Assembly: GCF_003918875.1 (NCBI RefSeq)
Contig: NW_025766026.1
Span: forward strand, 1,302,001-1,366,000
Reading direction: 5' to 3'
DNA: 64,000 bases
From: Haliotis rubra
Taxonomy: Eukaryota
This document shows, in pieces, positions 25,701-39,300 of the stretch (position 1 is its first letter; the number at the start of each line of letters is the position of its first letter). The notes beneath the pieces were generated by a model, which worked only from the letters and a program-made list of their open reading frames with translations, ran no database searches and had not been told where the DNA came from. The position numbers and the translations under genes are program-made.

Positions 25701-28540
25701 TTTACAATTGGTAAATGCGAAAAAAAAAACCAATGAAAACTAACTATATACATGATGAACAAAACAAACTTTATTACAATCGTACAAGATGTATTTACAT
25801 TTACACTTAGCAATTGATGGAAAATACAAAAAAAAATATCAGATCAAAAAGCTTTTAAATCTTGTATTGGAAACTCATGTAAATAATCTGAAGGTAACAT
25901 TTCACATCAGTATAAAGTGCTCATGACAATATATGAGTATCAAGTTCCACTTCTCAGTTTCACTGTCCTTGCTGAGAGTCCTGAACATGTGACTGATCCT
26001 CTGAGGTGTGTGTAGGGTCCAAGAGACCGCTTGGCAGGTACAGAGATATACCTGCTGCAGCACTGGAGTCAAAGTTAGGGAAGATACCAGCCTGGTTCGC
26101 TGCTTTGCGGCGTGTTGCAGAGGGTGGTGTGCTCAGGGTGGACCTCTGGATGGCAGCAGGTTGGTGTGGAGATGATGTGCTACCACTGGCTGCCGTTTGG
26201 CTTTTATGAAGCATCTGGGAAGATGGCGACCATTTATGCGGTCGGCGAGGACTCGATTAGGTCGAGTTGAGTCGAGATAGGTTGACTTCAGGTCGAGTCG
26301 GTCGACTTAGGTTGAGTCCAAGTCGAGTCCAGTTCGAGTTGGTCGACTCAAGGTCGAGTCGAGGTCCAGTCGAGGCCGAGTACAGATCGACTCTAAGACG
26401 AACACAGATCGGCATGTCAGGCCACCTCGACCTTCAACTCGACCAACTCGACCTAATGTCGACCTAAACTCGACCTTTTTTTCGACCTATTCTCGACCTG
26501 GTCTCGACCCCATCTCGGACCGAAGGTCGAGGAGGAAGTCTAACAATGTGCTTATATTTATTTAGTTACCGTAGACTGAACATGTATAGAAAATGAGTAC
26601 ATTGTGTCATATTCACGTGGGCAATAACAACGATATTGTCCCATAGCGACCTTTCTGTACTCGCACTTGGGTACAGCACGTACTTTTTACCTCGACCTTT
26701 GTGTACTCCGCAACTGGGTACACCACGTACTGATACAAGACGGTCGAGGGGACCTAACCTTTGATCCTGAGGTAGATACAGCTGATATCACTAAACGTTA
26801 TCATATTGTTTATGTAGATCACAAAAAATATGTATGTCATGGCTGCGCTTAATGTTATTATCAGGTGTTTTTGTTCCTAAGTGTCCTACCGTTTGTAATG
26901 ATATACCCCGCCAAGCTTCAAGTTAAAGCTGGCGTTCACCAACCTATGCTTGTCATTGGGGCGACCAACTAAATTGGGTGATCAGGCTCGCTGACTCACT
27001 TAACGCTTGTCATCGTATCCCAACTACACTTCGATGCTCATATTGTCGATCACTGGATTGTCTGGTACAGTCTTGATTATTTACAAACCGCAAAAATAAA
27101 AGTTTAATTACTAATTTGATCAATCTAGAATTCGTATTTGAGAGTTTGTCCGATCCTTACTTGCCTCTTATATTCGTTTGATTTCTTAAAGCCTATTGGA
27201 TATTTCCACAGTCACCCCAAACCATGCGCCATCAGTACAAGCGATGACGTCGACCTAAAGCGTCATCTAAACGACATTGGGACATTTAACATGCAAGATA
27301 TGACTCTATCACATCATTTATGAATAAATATGAATATGATCCATGGTAAAGGAACGATTCATGGGTGTAAAATGTAAAATATTCACATCATGTTTACAGT
27401 GCCAAGTGTTTCTGGTTCCAGACGCCAATGGCACCGTGACGTCAATGGACGTCGCGCCCTGCCCCGTGCAGCCATGCGTGTTCCATAAGGGCGACAACGC
27501 CACTGTCAAAATCTGTTTCACGGCACGTGAGTACTTTTCTCCAGTTACCATTAAACATTCTTAATATATGGTTTTATTAATATCTAAAATTGTTTGGTGG
27601 TAACTAAGTTTCTTATATACCTTTGTTTAATTATACACAAGCAGTGGTTCGCCTGTATGATTAGAGGATATATAGTACCCTGTTTCAGAAGGAATACATG
27701 TATTTCATTTTTTTAAACTTTTAGCATATACCTCTCCATGGGTATCTCTGACATGTTATCTTTGAAAATCAATAAATTTCCCCATTTCGGTTCAAATGTA
27801 CAACAATTCGAATATGGTAAAAAATGTTATACTTTCTTTTGCCCTTCGGGAAATTTTTCTTTTTTCACACGGCAGCAGCGGTGAACCTATCTCGATTTGA
27901 ATGTTCATGCTAATTAAAAACATTTTCAATTTGTGTTCATTTGTTCACAAAATACCGGTTTCAGCTGCGTCGTCCAATAACTTGACAGCTGAGATTGATG
28001 GGGTCGTGGCGGGGATCCCAGTCAAGTTCCCCATGCCGAACCCAAACGGCTGTTACCAGTCCGGCATCGGGTGCCCCATCTCCAAGGGCCAGACCTATTG
28101 CTACACCAACAACCTGGCAGTGCTGCCGTCATACCCCTCGGTAACTGATGATACTCCTCTCGTTAGCTTTAGTACCGTTATTTACACAGTTATAGAGAAC
28201 GTGTACATATACCCTCCTGCCGCCCAATCTACATCATATTATGTACAATCACCACATGTTGTTCCAGATCCGGCTCGTGGTCAAATGGTCACTCTTTGGG
28301 GACGACAAGGTCCCTGAGTTCTGCGTCCTGTTCCCCGTGGAGATAGATGGTGCTGGGAGGGACACTCCCACGGGGAGAGGGGTAGACACGCCCAGGGAGA
28401 GGGAGGTAGACACGCCCACGGGGAGGGAGGTAGACACGCCCACGGAGAGGGAGGTAGACACGCCCACGGAGAGGGAGGTAGACACGCCAACGGAGAGGGA
28501 GGTAGACACGCCCAGTCGTAAAGACGGGAATATTGAATGA
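22719..28540 (+). CDS. NPC2: NPC2/ML-domain protein, copy 4, with C-terminal repeat extension (about 211 aa; exons 22719-22800, 27422-27526, 27965-28140, 28268-28540)
   Basis: MNVLLCIAVCATLLFVAQAESINFKNC/DANGTVTSMDVAPCPVQPCVFHKG...GIPVKFPMPNPNGCYQSGIGCPISKGQTYCYTNNLAVLPSYPS/IRLVVKWSLFGDDKVPEFCVLFPVEID followed by (EVDTPTER)n. Intron 1 (4.6 kb) holds a Harbinger relic. Confidence 0.9.
23235..23461. mobile_element. Related 7-bp-TSD MITE inserted into a SINE-C copy
   Basis: TIR CAGTGTATGAAATAAG and TSD CATATAG. It shares an internal CCGACCG..GACGGTC motif with 15003-15418. Confidence 0.85.
23948..26540 (+). mobile_element. PIF/Harbinger transposon relic in intron 1 of NPC2 copy 4
   Basis: Transposase motifs WQFPYCLGAFDGKH, YKNFFSIVLLALADADYKF, IGDDAFPL and LSRARRVVENTFGIL. 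TCGAC-rich subterminal repeats occur at both ends in inverted orientation. A convergent low-complexity ORF remnant lies at 26214-25960. A matching right TIR was not found. Confidence 0.9.
28358..28515 (+). repeat. Coding 24-bp minisatellite (about 7 units) in the last exon of NPC2 copy 4
   Basis: Unit GAGGTAGACACGCCCACGGAGAGG = EVDTPTER. Confidence 0.95.
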
Positions 28541-28999
28541 CTACTCCATGTGCAGTTTCAGTCCTGGGTCTTCCGCATTACCATGGAGACCAAGAGCAAC
28601 ATCCCCTGACCCCGTGGTTCTCACTGTCTCCACAGCCCCAGAGAATAAATTAATTAAGGAGTCAAAGTCGAGAATGATTGGGCAAGTGTAGACTGCCTCC
28701 GTTCAAGGCATGAAATAAAGAATTCCTTTTGGATAACCGCCATATAGCTGGAATATTGCTGAGTGCGGCGTAAAACAACAAGCTTCTGGATTATGTTTGT
28801 TTTTCATCTGGTAGAGATATGTTTTAACTAGAACAACTATGTAAGACTAAATGCCTACCTTTTTGTCAGCTTCCATAACTACTGTGATTGTGAGGTTGGA
28901 CATCGTGTCAGTGTCATAGGTCTTGTTGCACTTCCATTTCAATACAATTTTGCATTAGTCTGACACATTTGAACGATTTAGTGTATATATGATGTTTTA

Positions 29000-29290
29000 T
29001 TAATGGATTTGTATGTTTTGTGCTTCTGTAAAAACCTGTTCTCCTGCTCGTGTGCTGTACATGCGTTATAGGTATAAACCTACAATGTATATGTTTTAAA
29101 TGGATTTGTATGTTTTGGCTTCTGTAACAACCTGTTCTCCTGCTCGTGTGTTGTACATGTGACTGGGCGAAACGTTCGTTATAGGTATAAACCTACATTG
29201 TATATGTTTTAAATGGATTTGTATGTTTTGAGCTTCTGTAAAAACCTATTCCCCTCCTCGTGCGCTGTACATGCGACTGGGTGAAACGTA
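29000..29290. repeat. Three degenerate tandem units of about 100 bp
   Basis: AATGGATTTGTATGTTTTG..CTTCTGTAA.AACCT occurs three times. Confidence 0.8.
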
Positions 29291-30394
29291 TACATTGTAA
29301 ACCTTATCTTCATATTAAAAATGATAGCGACCAAAATGCGATAAATTATCTGAATTCCACACAAATAGCAGAAGATGAGAGCAAAGTCAGAATTCTAGTC
29401 ACGAGGCGAGTATTGTAACTCCAGGTCAAACTAATCGTGGCTAGTTAGTTTCTCCAGTCACGTGTACACCATATTTGGTTCATGCCCTGAACCAGTAATA
29501 ATATAGACACAAAGCTTGGTTGGTTACAAATTGCCTTTTTAATATAAGTCTCCATGTTTGTTTTGTGTATATATTTGAAATAAACAATATTACAGTTTTC
29601 TAAAATGTGAGAAGGCTCATTGTTTTTGAATAACCGTGAACCCAATTAAAATATTCTATGATCACGTGGCTTACAGGCTTTGAACTTAGTCAAACCCAGT
29701 CTAAGTAAACTTAAGCTCAGTATTATTCGTTACACTGCTTATAGCGAGACTGAGTCATACCATATTCTTTAGTGAGTGAGTATGCCATCAACATCATGGC
29801 GGGAGACACCAGAAAATGGGTTTCACACATTGTATCCACGTGAAGGATCGAACCAGGGTCTACGGCGTGACGAGCGAACGCTTTAACCATTAGGCTACCC
29901 TACCCCCACATTGGTCCTGTGACTGAGCCAAGTCGAGACCATCTGATGAGTGAGTATGGTTTTAAGCCGCTTTTAGCAATATTCCAGCAATATCACGGCG
30001 GAGACACCAGAAATGGGCTTCACACATTGTACCCATGTGGGGAATCGAACCCGGGTCTTCGGCCTGATGAAGAATAACGTTGTTAATTAATGGCATGTCA
30101 TACACAACATTGTTGATCTCAGACATGGACGTTCAATTCCACTAATCCATGCTTGGGGGCATATATGGGCATGGGCTCAGGCCCAAATGACAATACATTC
30201 GTCGCGAATTAACGATTGAGGGGAGGTAACTGCTGCTCCGGCGTGAACAGACGCTCGGAGTATAGAGAAAAGTGTGTCATATGTACAGCCTGTACGTTTC
30301 AAGTTTGCGAGTTACATGATCGTAACAGAAAGGATATCATCCGATACACTTCCTGCAGACTTTCACCGGAGTATCGACCCACGACTTCAGCACC

Positions 30395-33300
30395 ATGTCG
30401 ACGGCTGGCAGCAAAAAGTTAATCAATGACGTTGATGCATGCGTGGACGAATGTCTGGATGGTTTGGTAGCGGTCAATCCCGGCCTGAAGAAGTTAGCCG
30501 GACACAGAGTGATAGTGAGATCCGATATCGACTCGGTCATCCGAAAGGGGCAGGTCGGGCTGTTGTCAGGGGGAGGGTCCGGCCATGAACCCGCCCATGC
30601 CGGTAGATATAGCATTTTTACGTATCAATTGTTCTGTGCTATAATGGATTCTAATATTATTTTTCCATCAACCAGATGGCCTATAAAAATCATGCGTATC
30701 CCTGTACGTATTTATGACTGTTAAACAAGGGTATGGAATAAATTAATTAATTGTTGTTTAACGCTCTACTCAGCAATATTCCAGCTATACGGCGGCGGTT
30801 TGTAAATAATCGACTCTGAACCAGACAATCCAGTGATCAATAGCATGACTATCGATCTACGCAGTTGGGATACGACATGTGTCAACCCAGTCAGCGAGCC
30901 TAACCACCAGATTCCTAGTCGCCTCCACAAGCATGGGTTGGTGAAGACAATTCTAATAGGGTTCTTTAGGGAAGGTATGGACATGCTTAAGGTTGTATAC
31001 TCACCCAGTGTACACATGTAAAACATTCCAACACTTAAGGAATTTCAGGTACAAATTTAAAATCTCCTGCAACATATAAGCGTATTTCTAGATGGGCCAG
31101 GTTAGATGACCTGGTAACGGCTGGTTGATTACACTATCCAGATTGAGTGAAGGGTGTTCATTGCATCAGTCACTGGATTGTCCAATTCTGTCTTAAATCT
31201 TTTCAGACTGCCCTCTTTTAGCTGGATGTTTAGTCTGTCTCACAGTCCCTGAACCACATTATTTTCCCTACTGCCTTGCCCGCCCTGAAATACCTAGCCC
31301 TAAATGAAGTAAGTCCAGACTTCCTCGATCAGGTTCAGGATTTCCCATCTCACTGTAGTCTGATCTTACAGTCCCTGAACCACATTATTTTCCCTACTGC
31401 CTAGCCCGCCCTGCAATACTAAAGCCCTAAATGAATCAACTCTAGATTTCCCCAGGTTCCTCAATGTTCTGAAACTCCCAACTCACTGGGAACTCCTTTC
31501 CAATTTATGGGTCTATTTGTTACAATCGAAATTATATTCATTCCGGGACTAAGCGTTAGTCCACTGGAAGTTTTATGAAAGTTGTATTAAACAAACAAAA
31601 CAAAAACCAAAGGTCTGTCAGTGTAATAAATGTCAACACGTGAAAGTTATGGAGGATGCCTTAGGTTATGCCTTAGATTGTGTATCAGTTATTTTCTACT
31701 TGGAATCTGGTTTGGTAAATGATTACTGCAACTAAGTGCATCAGTCCTAGTAATGCACATGATTAACACGACAGTACACACGTACATCAGAGGTGTTGTT
31801 TACCAGGTAGCATCCATTTCATGACTTCTGTCAATCATAATTAATAATCATCTAACAACATAGGTGGATCCAGAGAGGGTTGAGTGGGGAACAGGGCTGT
31901 GCAAACCCCACCACCACCACCCACCACCCCTTTTGTCCGGAAAGTTTATTTTAAATGACTATTAAAACTCTTGTGTAAATGGGTGAAAATGAAGTGTGCA
32001 ACCCCCTTTCTCAAAAAGCTGTATCCGCCCCTGTAACAACTTTGGTGTAATGCAACATTCTGCATAGTATCAGGCCAAATAAAAAAAATATTCTGAAATG
32101 CTAAACATACAAGTTATTATATAGGATTCAGTAGTAATATATGCTTCAGTAAAGTCTGTACTGATGTCCCTGTTTCAGGATACATTGGTGAAGGGATGCT
32201 GAGTACGGCTGTTGCTGGCGCTGTGTTTACGTCCCCACCCCCCAACAGCATTCAAGCCGCAGTGAGAGCTGTTGGCAAAAACAACCCAGGTAAGACAACA
32301 GGTGTAATGTATTGAAACCAAACCATTTAACTCATACCTTGATTATTTTAAGAAATAACAGTTAAACCAGTAAGTATTGACAAAATTCTTAAATTAAAAG
32401 TCAAATAAGGAAAAACGGCATTAGCAATCACACAGACAAAATTCCTTTGTAATGACTAGTTGCTTAATGCTTAAAGCACAAATATATGAGAATGTAATGC
32501 TCACAGTCTCTCCACATCTCATCACAAGTTTAGAAAAGTGATTGTAGTGCAAGGATTTCTGTAACACCTTTTTGTCTACCTCAGTGTTCGAAATTAACAT
32601 TTCGAGATAGCAAATTTGCTATTCAAAATCCTATTTTGCTACCTGAAAAAAAACACAGTAGCAAAAAACTTGCTACCTGGTATATTTAAGTGAACTGCAA
32701 GTTTTGCTGAGACATTTTCATCAGATCCTTTTCTAGACTTAACCACTTAAATCATGACAACCATGTCCAGAACCAGTGGGCTGAATTGAAGGTTCTTGTG
32801 AACAGCAGCAATGTGTTGAAAAACCTACACCCAAATGCTCTACGACAAAGAATATTTTACACAGACCAGGACAGGAATGACTATGATGCCATCATCAAGG
32901 TGATATTTCTTGTTGAACTTTATCCACTTTCAACTGCTTGCTGTGAAAGGGGGTTTTCTGTTATGAAGAAAATCAAAACAGACAGGAGATGTAGATTGCA
33001 GACAGACACCCTTGATGACTTGATGAGAATCAAACTTTCAGGCCCACAGACTTTCAGGGAATTTGATCCTAGACCACTAGTGAACAGGTGGTGGTTGAGT
33101 GGTGAGAGGGCCTGGCCCCGATTCCTCGAAACAAACTTAAGTTTAATACAGTTCCATATGGCCAAATACAGTAATGGGACTGGGAGGGGACTGGGAGGGA
33201 GGGATTAATAGCAATACGGAAGAATGCTGCTACCAGGTAAGGGATTTTGCTACCTACTTTTAAACCAGGTAGCAAGTACTTGCTACTTTCTAAGAAAGTT

Positions 33301-36300
33301 AATTTCGAACACTGTACCTTTAACTATGAGAGAAGGTAGAGAAAATATGAAGGTTACTATCAGAGAGTGAAATTAATTGTACATCACTCAAAATGTAGCA
33401 ACTGCAGTAGCCTGAATTGTACTCCAATGGTATCAGGTTGGGACCAGTAACTATTCCAAGGTTTTAGTTGTCTATAGTTGCTCCTATACCTCATGTGACA
33501 GGGGGAGTGTTGATGATTGTGAAGAACTACACTGGGGACCGACTCAACTTCGGCCTGGCTGCCGAGAGGGCCAAGGCAGAGGGCATCAGTGTTGATATGG
33601 TGGTGGTGGCGGAGGATTGCGCCCTCACATCCACGGACAAGACAGCCGGCAGGAGGGGGTCTTTGTGGGACGGTCCTCATACACAAGGTAGGAAGCTTCT
33701 TGTCAGCCACTGTTAGGCTGACTGTTAGGCAATCACTGACAGGAAGAATATGTGAAACTGAACACAGACCTGAAGGTGTGATAAGTGAACGCTGTGACCA
33801 CCACACTGGAATCACACTGCAAGTTATATGCGGAGTAATCTCCCTTGATAGTTTTCCTGGGTGATTCTCAATTACTGGTGCAGCCATCTCATCTACCTGG
33901 TCTGTCTCACAGTCCCTGAACCACTTTATTTTATCTTCCTCTGAACCCTTTCTGCAATGCTAAAGACCCAAATAAAATTTTCCACAGGTTCTGAATCTCC
34001 CATCTATGATCTCACTGCGTCACCTTTTCAATTTAAACAGAATTATTTGTTTCTATCAAAAATATATATATTCAAAAAACTATGTGTCGGTCTACCATCT
34101 ACCCTGTAAATGGTTTCATCTGAACGAAATATATTGATCAGATATCTTGTTTTGAGTAGAATCGTGCATTCCCTGTTTTAGATAGCGGGTGCCCTGGCTG
34201 AAGAGGGGAAGACTTTGTCTGAAATTGTGACCATTGCCAGAGATGCTGCAACAAAAAATGGGTGTGATAATTAACTCCTTTTTACTTATCTGCATCATTA
34301 AACTATTACTTTCCAGGCGAAGGTTTGTGTACATGTGGAACAGAGCTACAGATAACTTTTTGGGTCATTGAGTTATGTACTCGCTTGTGTTCATCTCAAT
34401 TGGGTATCCTAATTTTCCTTTGAGTAACATAATAAATTGTACTCACCTCACTCAAACTCAAATGGGTATTTTGCCAGTTTCCATTAATTTTAAAAATACA
34501 GAAAAGTTTAAATGTTAGTGTTTGTTATTTATAGTTGATCTGTAATATGAGAAATGATAAGAAAGACTGCAAGTTGATAAGTTCATGTCCTGAAATTGAA
34601 CCTCTCAATATACCTCAGTTATTTTATCTATCCATCAGTACGCTAGCTAAGGTTTGACTTTTTTATGTGTACGCATGTAAGATCATATTTATTGAGAATT
34701 TACAAACTTTCAAGCGTACTTGTATGCAATAGATTTAATAGAAATAGAGTTTTCATATAAATATTTGCGTAATTTACGCAGATACGCAGCTTATCTGTAC
34801 CTCTGGTGGAAGATTTCATATTCAATATTCATATATTGTATTTGATATTTATGCATTGAGCCACTCCAATTTAACTGAAAAATGTTTGAGAAAAAATATA
34901 TAAGGGAAAAAAAATAAGTTTTAAGAATAAATTAATAAATTGATAAATTGTTAATGTCATATGTATTTTGAGTTAAATGATTGAAAGACACATGCACTCA
35001 CCCCCACATACTATTGTTTGGTGGGAGGGGCTAAAAATGGCATTTAGTCAGATGTGACCGACATGTAAGTACATTGGGCCATGAGTGGTGACTTGATACT
35101 CCTTTGTGCCTGTCATATGTCACTGTCACATGTCACATGTCACTTGTGTTTCTGTAGGGACTATTGGGCTGTGTCTGTCCCCCTGCAGTGTACCTGGCTC
35201 CCGGACCTTCCTTCCACATCCAGGATGATGAGATGGAACTCGGCCTGGGTAAGTAGTGTCCTGTCATTTCCTTGTGCCTAGGTAGTCCAGTGGTCTGACT
35301 TTTTCACATATTTGTTTTTATTCTATCAATGAAGATATTTTGTATCAAATTTCAGTATATACACACTAGTAGTTATTATCCCCCCGGCATGTAACACGGG
35401 GGGATATAGCCAATGCCTCGTCCGTCCATAATCGGAAGATTGGTAGATATATCAAACAGAACCTAAGGTGGTGCCTTTTGCTATTTACAGATGTTTGTCA
35501 TTTTTTTTTTTCTTGGTTTCCATGGAAACATTTTGGACTTAGTCTTAAAGGAAGGGAGCATAACTCAAAAACTGTTAAATATTTTTCTGCAAACATTGGT
35601 AGATATATCAAACAGAACCTAAAGTGGTGCCTTTTGCTATTTACAGATTTTTGGCATTTTTATTTTTCTTGGTTTCCATGGAAGCAGTTTAGACTTAGTC
35701 TCAAACGGGAGGGGTGAGCTTTGTTTCTGAAGCACAACTCAAAGACCGTTCAATATCTTTCAACAAAAGTTGGAGGATATATCAAACAGATCTTGAAGTG
35801 GTGCCTTTTGCTCTTTGCAGATTATTGGCATTTACACTTTTCCTGATTTCCATGGAAACAATTTTGACTTAGTCCAAAAAATCAAGTTGGGCTTTAAGTA
35901 ACTGTCAGATGATTTGTTCTTTCAAATTTTTGGGGGCCGGGGGGATTTGTTATCTTCTGATGACTCTTGTTTCAATAGGTTGTTGTTACATTGCTTGAAT
36001 ATTCTTGTGGTGTAGAACTACAGACACTCAAGTTAGTCCCTGTATGTTTTATGTGGGTGTTTTCTCCAGGTATCCATGGGGAGGCTGGAGTCAAGAGGAC
36101 CAAGGTAGGGATCCGTTCATTCATATTGTTAAATAACCTTTGTTGCTGATGTTGCTGTTTAGTGACATATGGTGTGATGTACAAAGTATGCACAACTAAA
36201 TAGACTTACGCTGCATATCCCGTTGGGCCAGATTACAAGAATTTATCTTTCAGGCGTAATTCCAGCATAATATAAAATGTCATGATCAGTATGGCTGTCC

Positions 36301-39300
36301 ATTTTCATGGACAGCTTTCAGATACTACAATGAAACAACTTTTGTTTCATTATTAGTACAAAAGTACTTATAATCATTCTCCCATGGGCTTGTAGATATC
36401 TTAAATGCTTTGGACTGGAACCTGTAATTCTGACATTGCTAAGGGAGATAACTCCTCACAACAATACCGCTGGGCCACCTCAGTACGTTGACTGATGTTC
36501 ATGTAAGTTTCATTAACCTGCTACATTTCATTATGCTTGCTACAGCTGGTGAGTGCTAAGGAGGCGGTCAAGATGATGCTGGACCACATGACCAACCCGA
36601 AGACCACCACACATCTCAGCCTGTCTGCAGGTAAACCACCATTAGGAACCATAGGGCTGAGCTTTTGTTTGTTTGTTGTTTAACGCCGCACTCAGCAATA
36701 TTAAGGTTATATATGGTGGCGGTCTGTAAGTAATCGAGTCTGGACCAAGCAACCCAGTGATCAACAGCATGAGCATCTATGTACACATTTGGGATACTAT
36801 GACACGTGTCAACCAAGTCAGAGGACCTGACCACCTGATCCCGTTAGTCGCCTCTTACGACAAGCATGGGTCCTAGTGCTAAGCCCTGTGCTAACTTCAG
36901 TGCTAAACGTAGTGCTGTGATACTGCTTGACTGAAAATTAAATTTCGTTCTGCCTTCAACCTTCTGTTTTCCTGGGCGCAGCGCAATATAACCAGTTTAC
37001 CGGTATTTACCGGGTCAGACATGAAAATGATAGTATTGTAGTACACTGATTGAAAACCGGTATTTTGACATGCATTCGGAAAACTTCGTAACACTCGGAA
37101 GCCTTTGGATATTTCCTTGTTTCATTTGTGCCAGATATTATACACAGTTTTATTTTGTCATGATTAAAAGTTCTATTAAAGCTTAATCAAGCATAGTGAT
37201 TTTGTTGTGTTCATGCTTTATAAATCAAGCATTAACTTGATGATAAGTTGTTTTTTGTTTAAAAATACTTCTTGCAATATATTGCAATACATATCGCAAT
37301 ATATGCTTTCGCATTGCAATATATCGCAATATGAAAATTCTCTACAATACCCACCCCTACTGTTTTCTCAAACTGTGAGTGAGGGAGAGAATAAGAGTGA
37401 ATGAGTAAGTGTAAGACAGTGAATGACTTGCTGTCTCTGCAGCAGTTAAATATTACTGTTTTTTAAACGTTTATGGTATTTAAAATTATTTGAAAATTAA
37501 TTGAAAATTCCTCCAGCTGTCCCACCATTGACCATTGCTTGACTAAGGCCCACCTTTCACCTGCCTGTCCTCTGCATGTATTTTCCAGGTGACCGTGTGG
37601 CGTGTATGGTGAACAACTTGGGAGGAACATCCGTCCTGGAGCTCAACATTGTGGCACGAGAGGCAGTCTGCTACCTAGGTAGGGTTGGTGAAGAGAATCT
37701 CACCTGACTGTCTTCTGACATCAAATATACCTTAAAATAGATTTGAATCTTATAATATGTGTGCATATATATATATATATAATATATAACGTTTCACATC
37801 AGATGCTTGTTGTTTTAGATCAGCATCTCTCATTGTGCCATTGTGTTTGTGTTGCAGAGGGTCGAGGACTGAAAGTCGATCGCATGTACTGTGGGACGTT
37901 CATGACGTCGCTCCAGATGGCGGGCGTGTCCATCACCCTGCTTAAGCTGGATGACACATTGTGTCGCTGTCTAGGTAGGTGCCAGAGTGTCACTATGTGC
38001 AGTGTCAGATTGTGTCACTGTCAACTCGGACTGAAAGTCAAGGGAGCATGTATATGTAAATCTCACTCCAAATTTCAATGTGGCAGTCATACTGAAGAAG
38101 CTATTTATGTAACATAATGTATGATTGGTGGGTCTAAGAAAAATAAGTTGATACACAGATTCTCAAATCCACAGACCATAGGCGGATCCAGAAATTTAAT
38201 TTTCAAGGTGTTTGTGTGTGTGTGTGTGTGTGTGTGAACAACCCCACCTTGGCTCTGCCATTGCAAAACATTAAGTTCAATGTGGTCTTTAGTCATTTTA
38301 GTCATTTTCAGGGGGTTGGGGGTGTTTGTCTGAACCCCCCCTTTGGATCCGCCACTGCAGACACAGATTACGATTTCTCTGAGTCTGAAATCAGTCTATT
38401 GTGAGTGCCCATCAAAGATGTACGTAGATTACACTTAGATGTGACCTGTTGGACTGAATGTGTTCGCCAGATGCTCCAACATCAGCACCTGGGTGGTCGA
38501 AGCCGTACCTGCCTCGTGGAGTGACGGACAGACAGACACCAGGACAGATGACCATTGATGATTCAAGCACGGATACAGTGGTCAGTGGAGACGAGTCAGT
38601 CAGCTTGTCACAAGGTACATACACCATGGGAGAAATGATGTCAAGCTATCCACTGTGAACACGTTTTTATTAATCATCAAATGTGCCATTGTGTGATATA
38701 TACTAGAAATAATTGGATGAAATGTCTTCAGCCCATTTTGGTCAACTAGATTTACCACACTTGATTGTGAGAGAATGAATAAATGAACAGAAGAATAAAT
38801 GAACAGAAGAATAAATCATTATTGCTTTATGCTGCCTAAGCAATATTAAAGCTGTTCACAGTTTGTTGATAATGGCTCCAACATGTGGATGATAATGGCT
38901 CCAACATGTGGATGATAATGGCTCCAACATGTGGATGATAATGGCTCCAACATGTGGATGATAATGGCTCCAACATGTGGATGATAATGGCTCCAACATG
39001 TGGATGATAATGGCTCCAACATGTGGATAGAAAGAAGAATAAAGCATCAGAGCAAAGCTTACTTGCAATAAAATCTATATCGTGTCATAAACCTGTTTTC
39101 TTTCAAGAATGCTATTATCTTTTGATCATTTTATAATATCTTACTGTATGTGGAAGTCTATGAATGATTGTAGTTAGGGTTATATATTCCTTTAACAGGT
39201 GAGGTCAGGTGAAATTGGGTTTTACGCCGTGCTTGAGAATATTTCGCTCATATGACGACGTGCATGCGTGTGTATGTGTATGTGCGGCTGCTTGTACTAG

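Noticed and set aside
26267-26467. Arg/Ser-rich ORF
   Set aside because: It is a translation of the TCGAC subterminal repeats of the Harbinger relic.
33655-35202. Three +1 shifts in TKFC-A summing to +3 as a compensated or programmed frameshift
   Set aside because: A TGA at 34199 interrupts the shifted frame, and there is no slippery-site or structure pattern.
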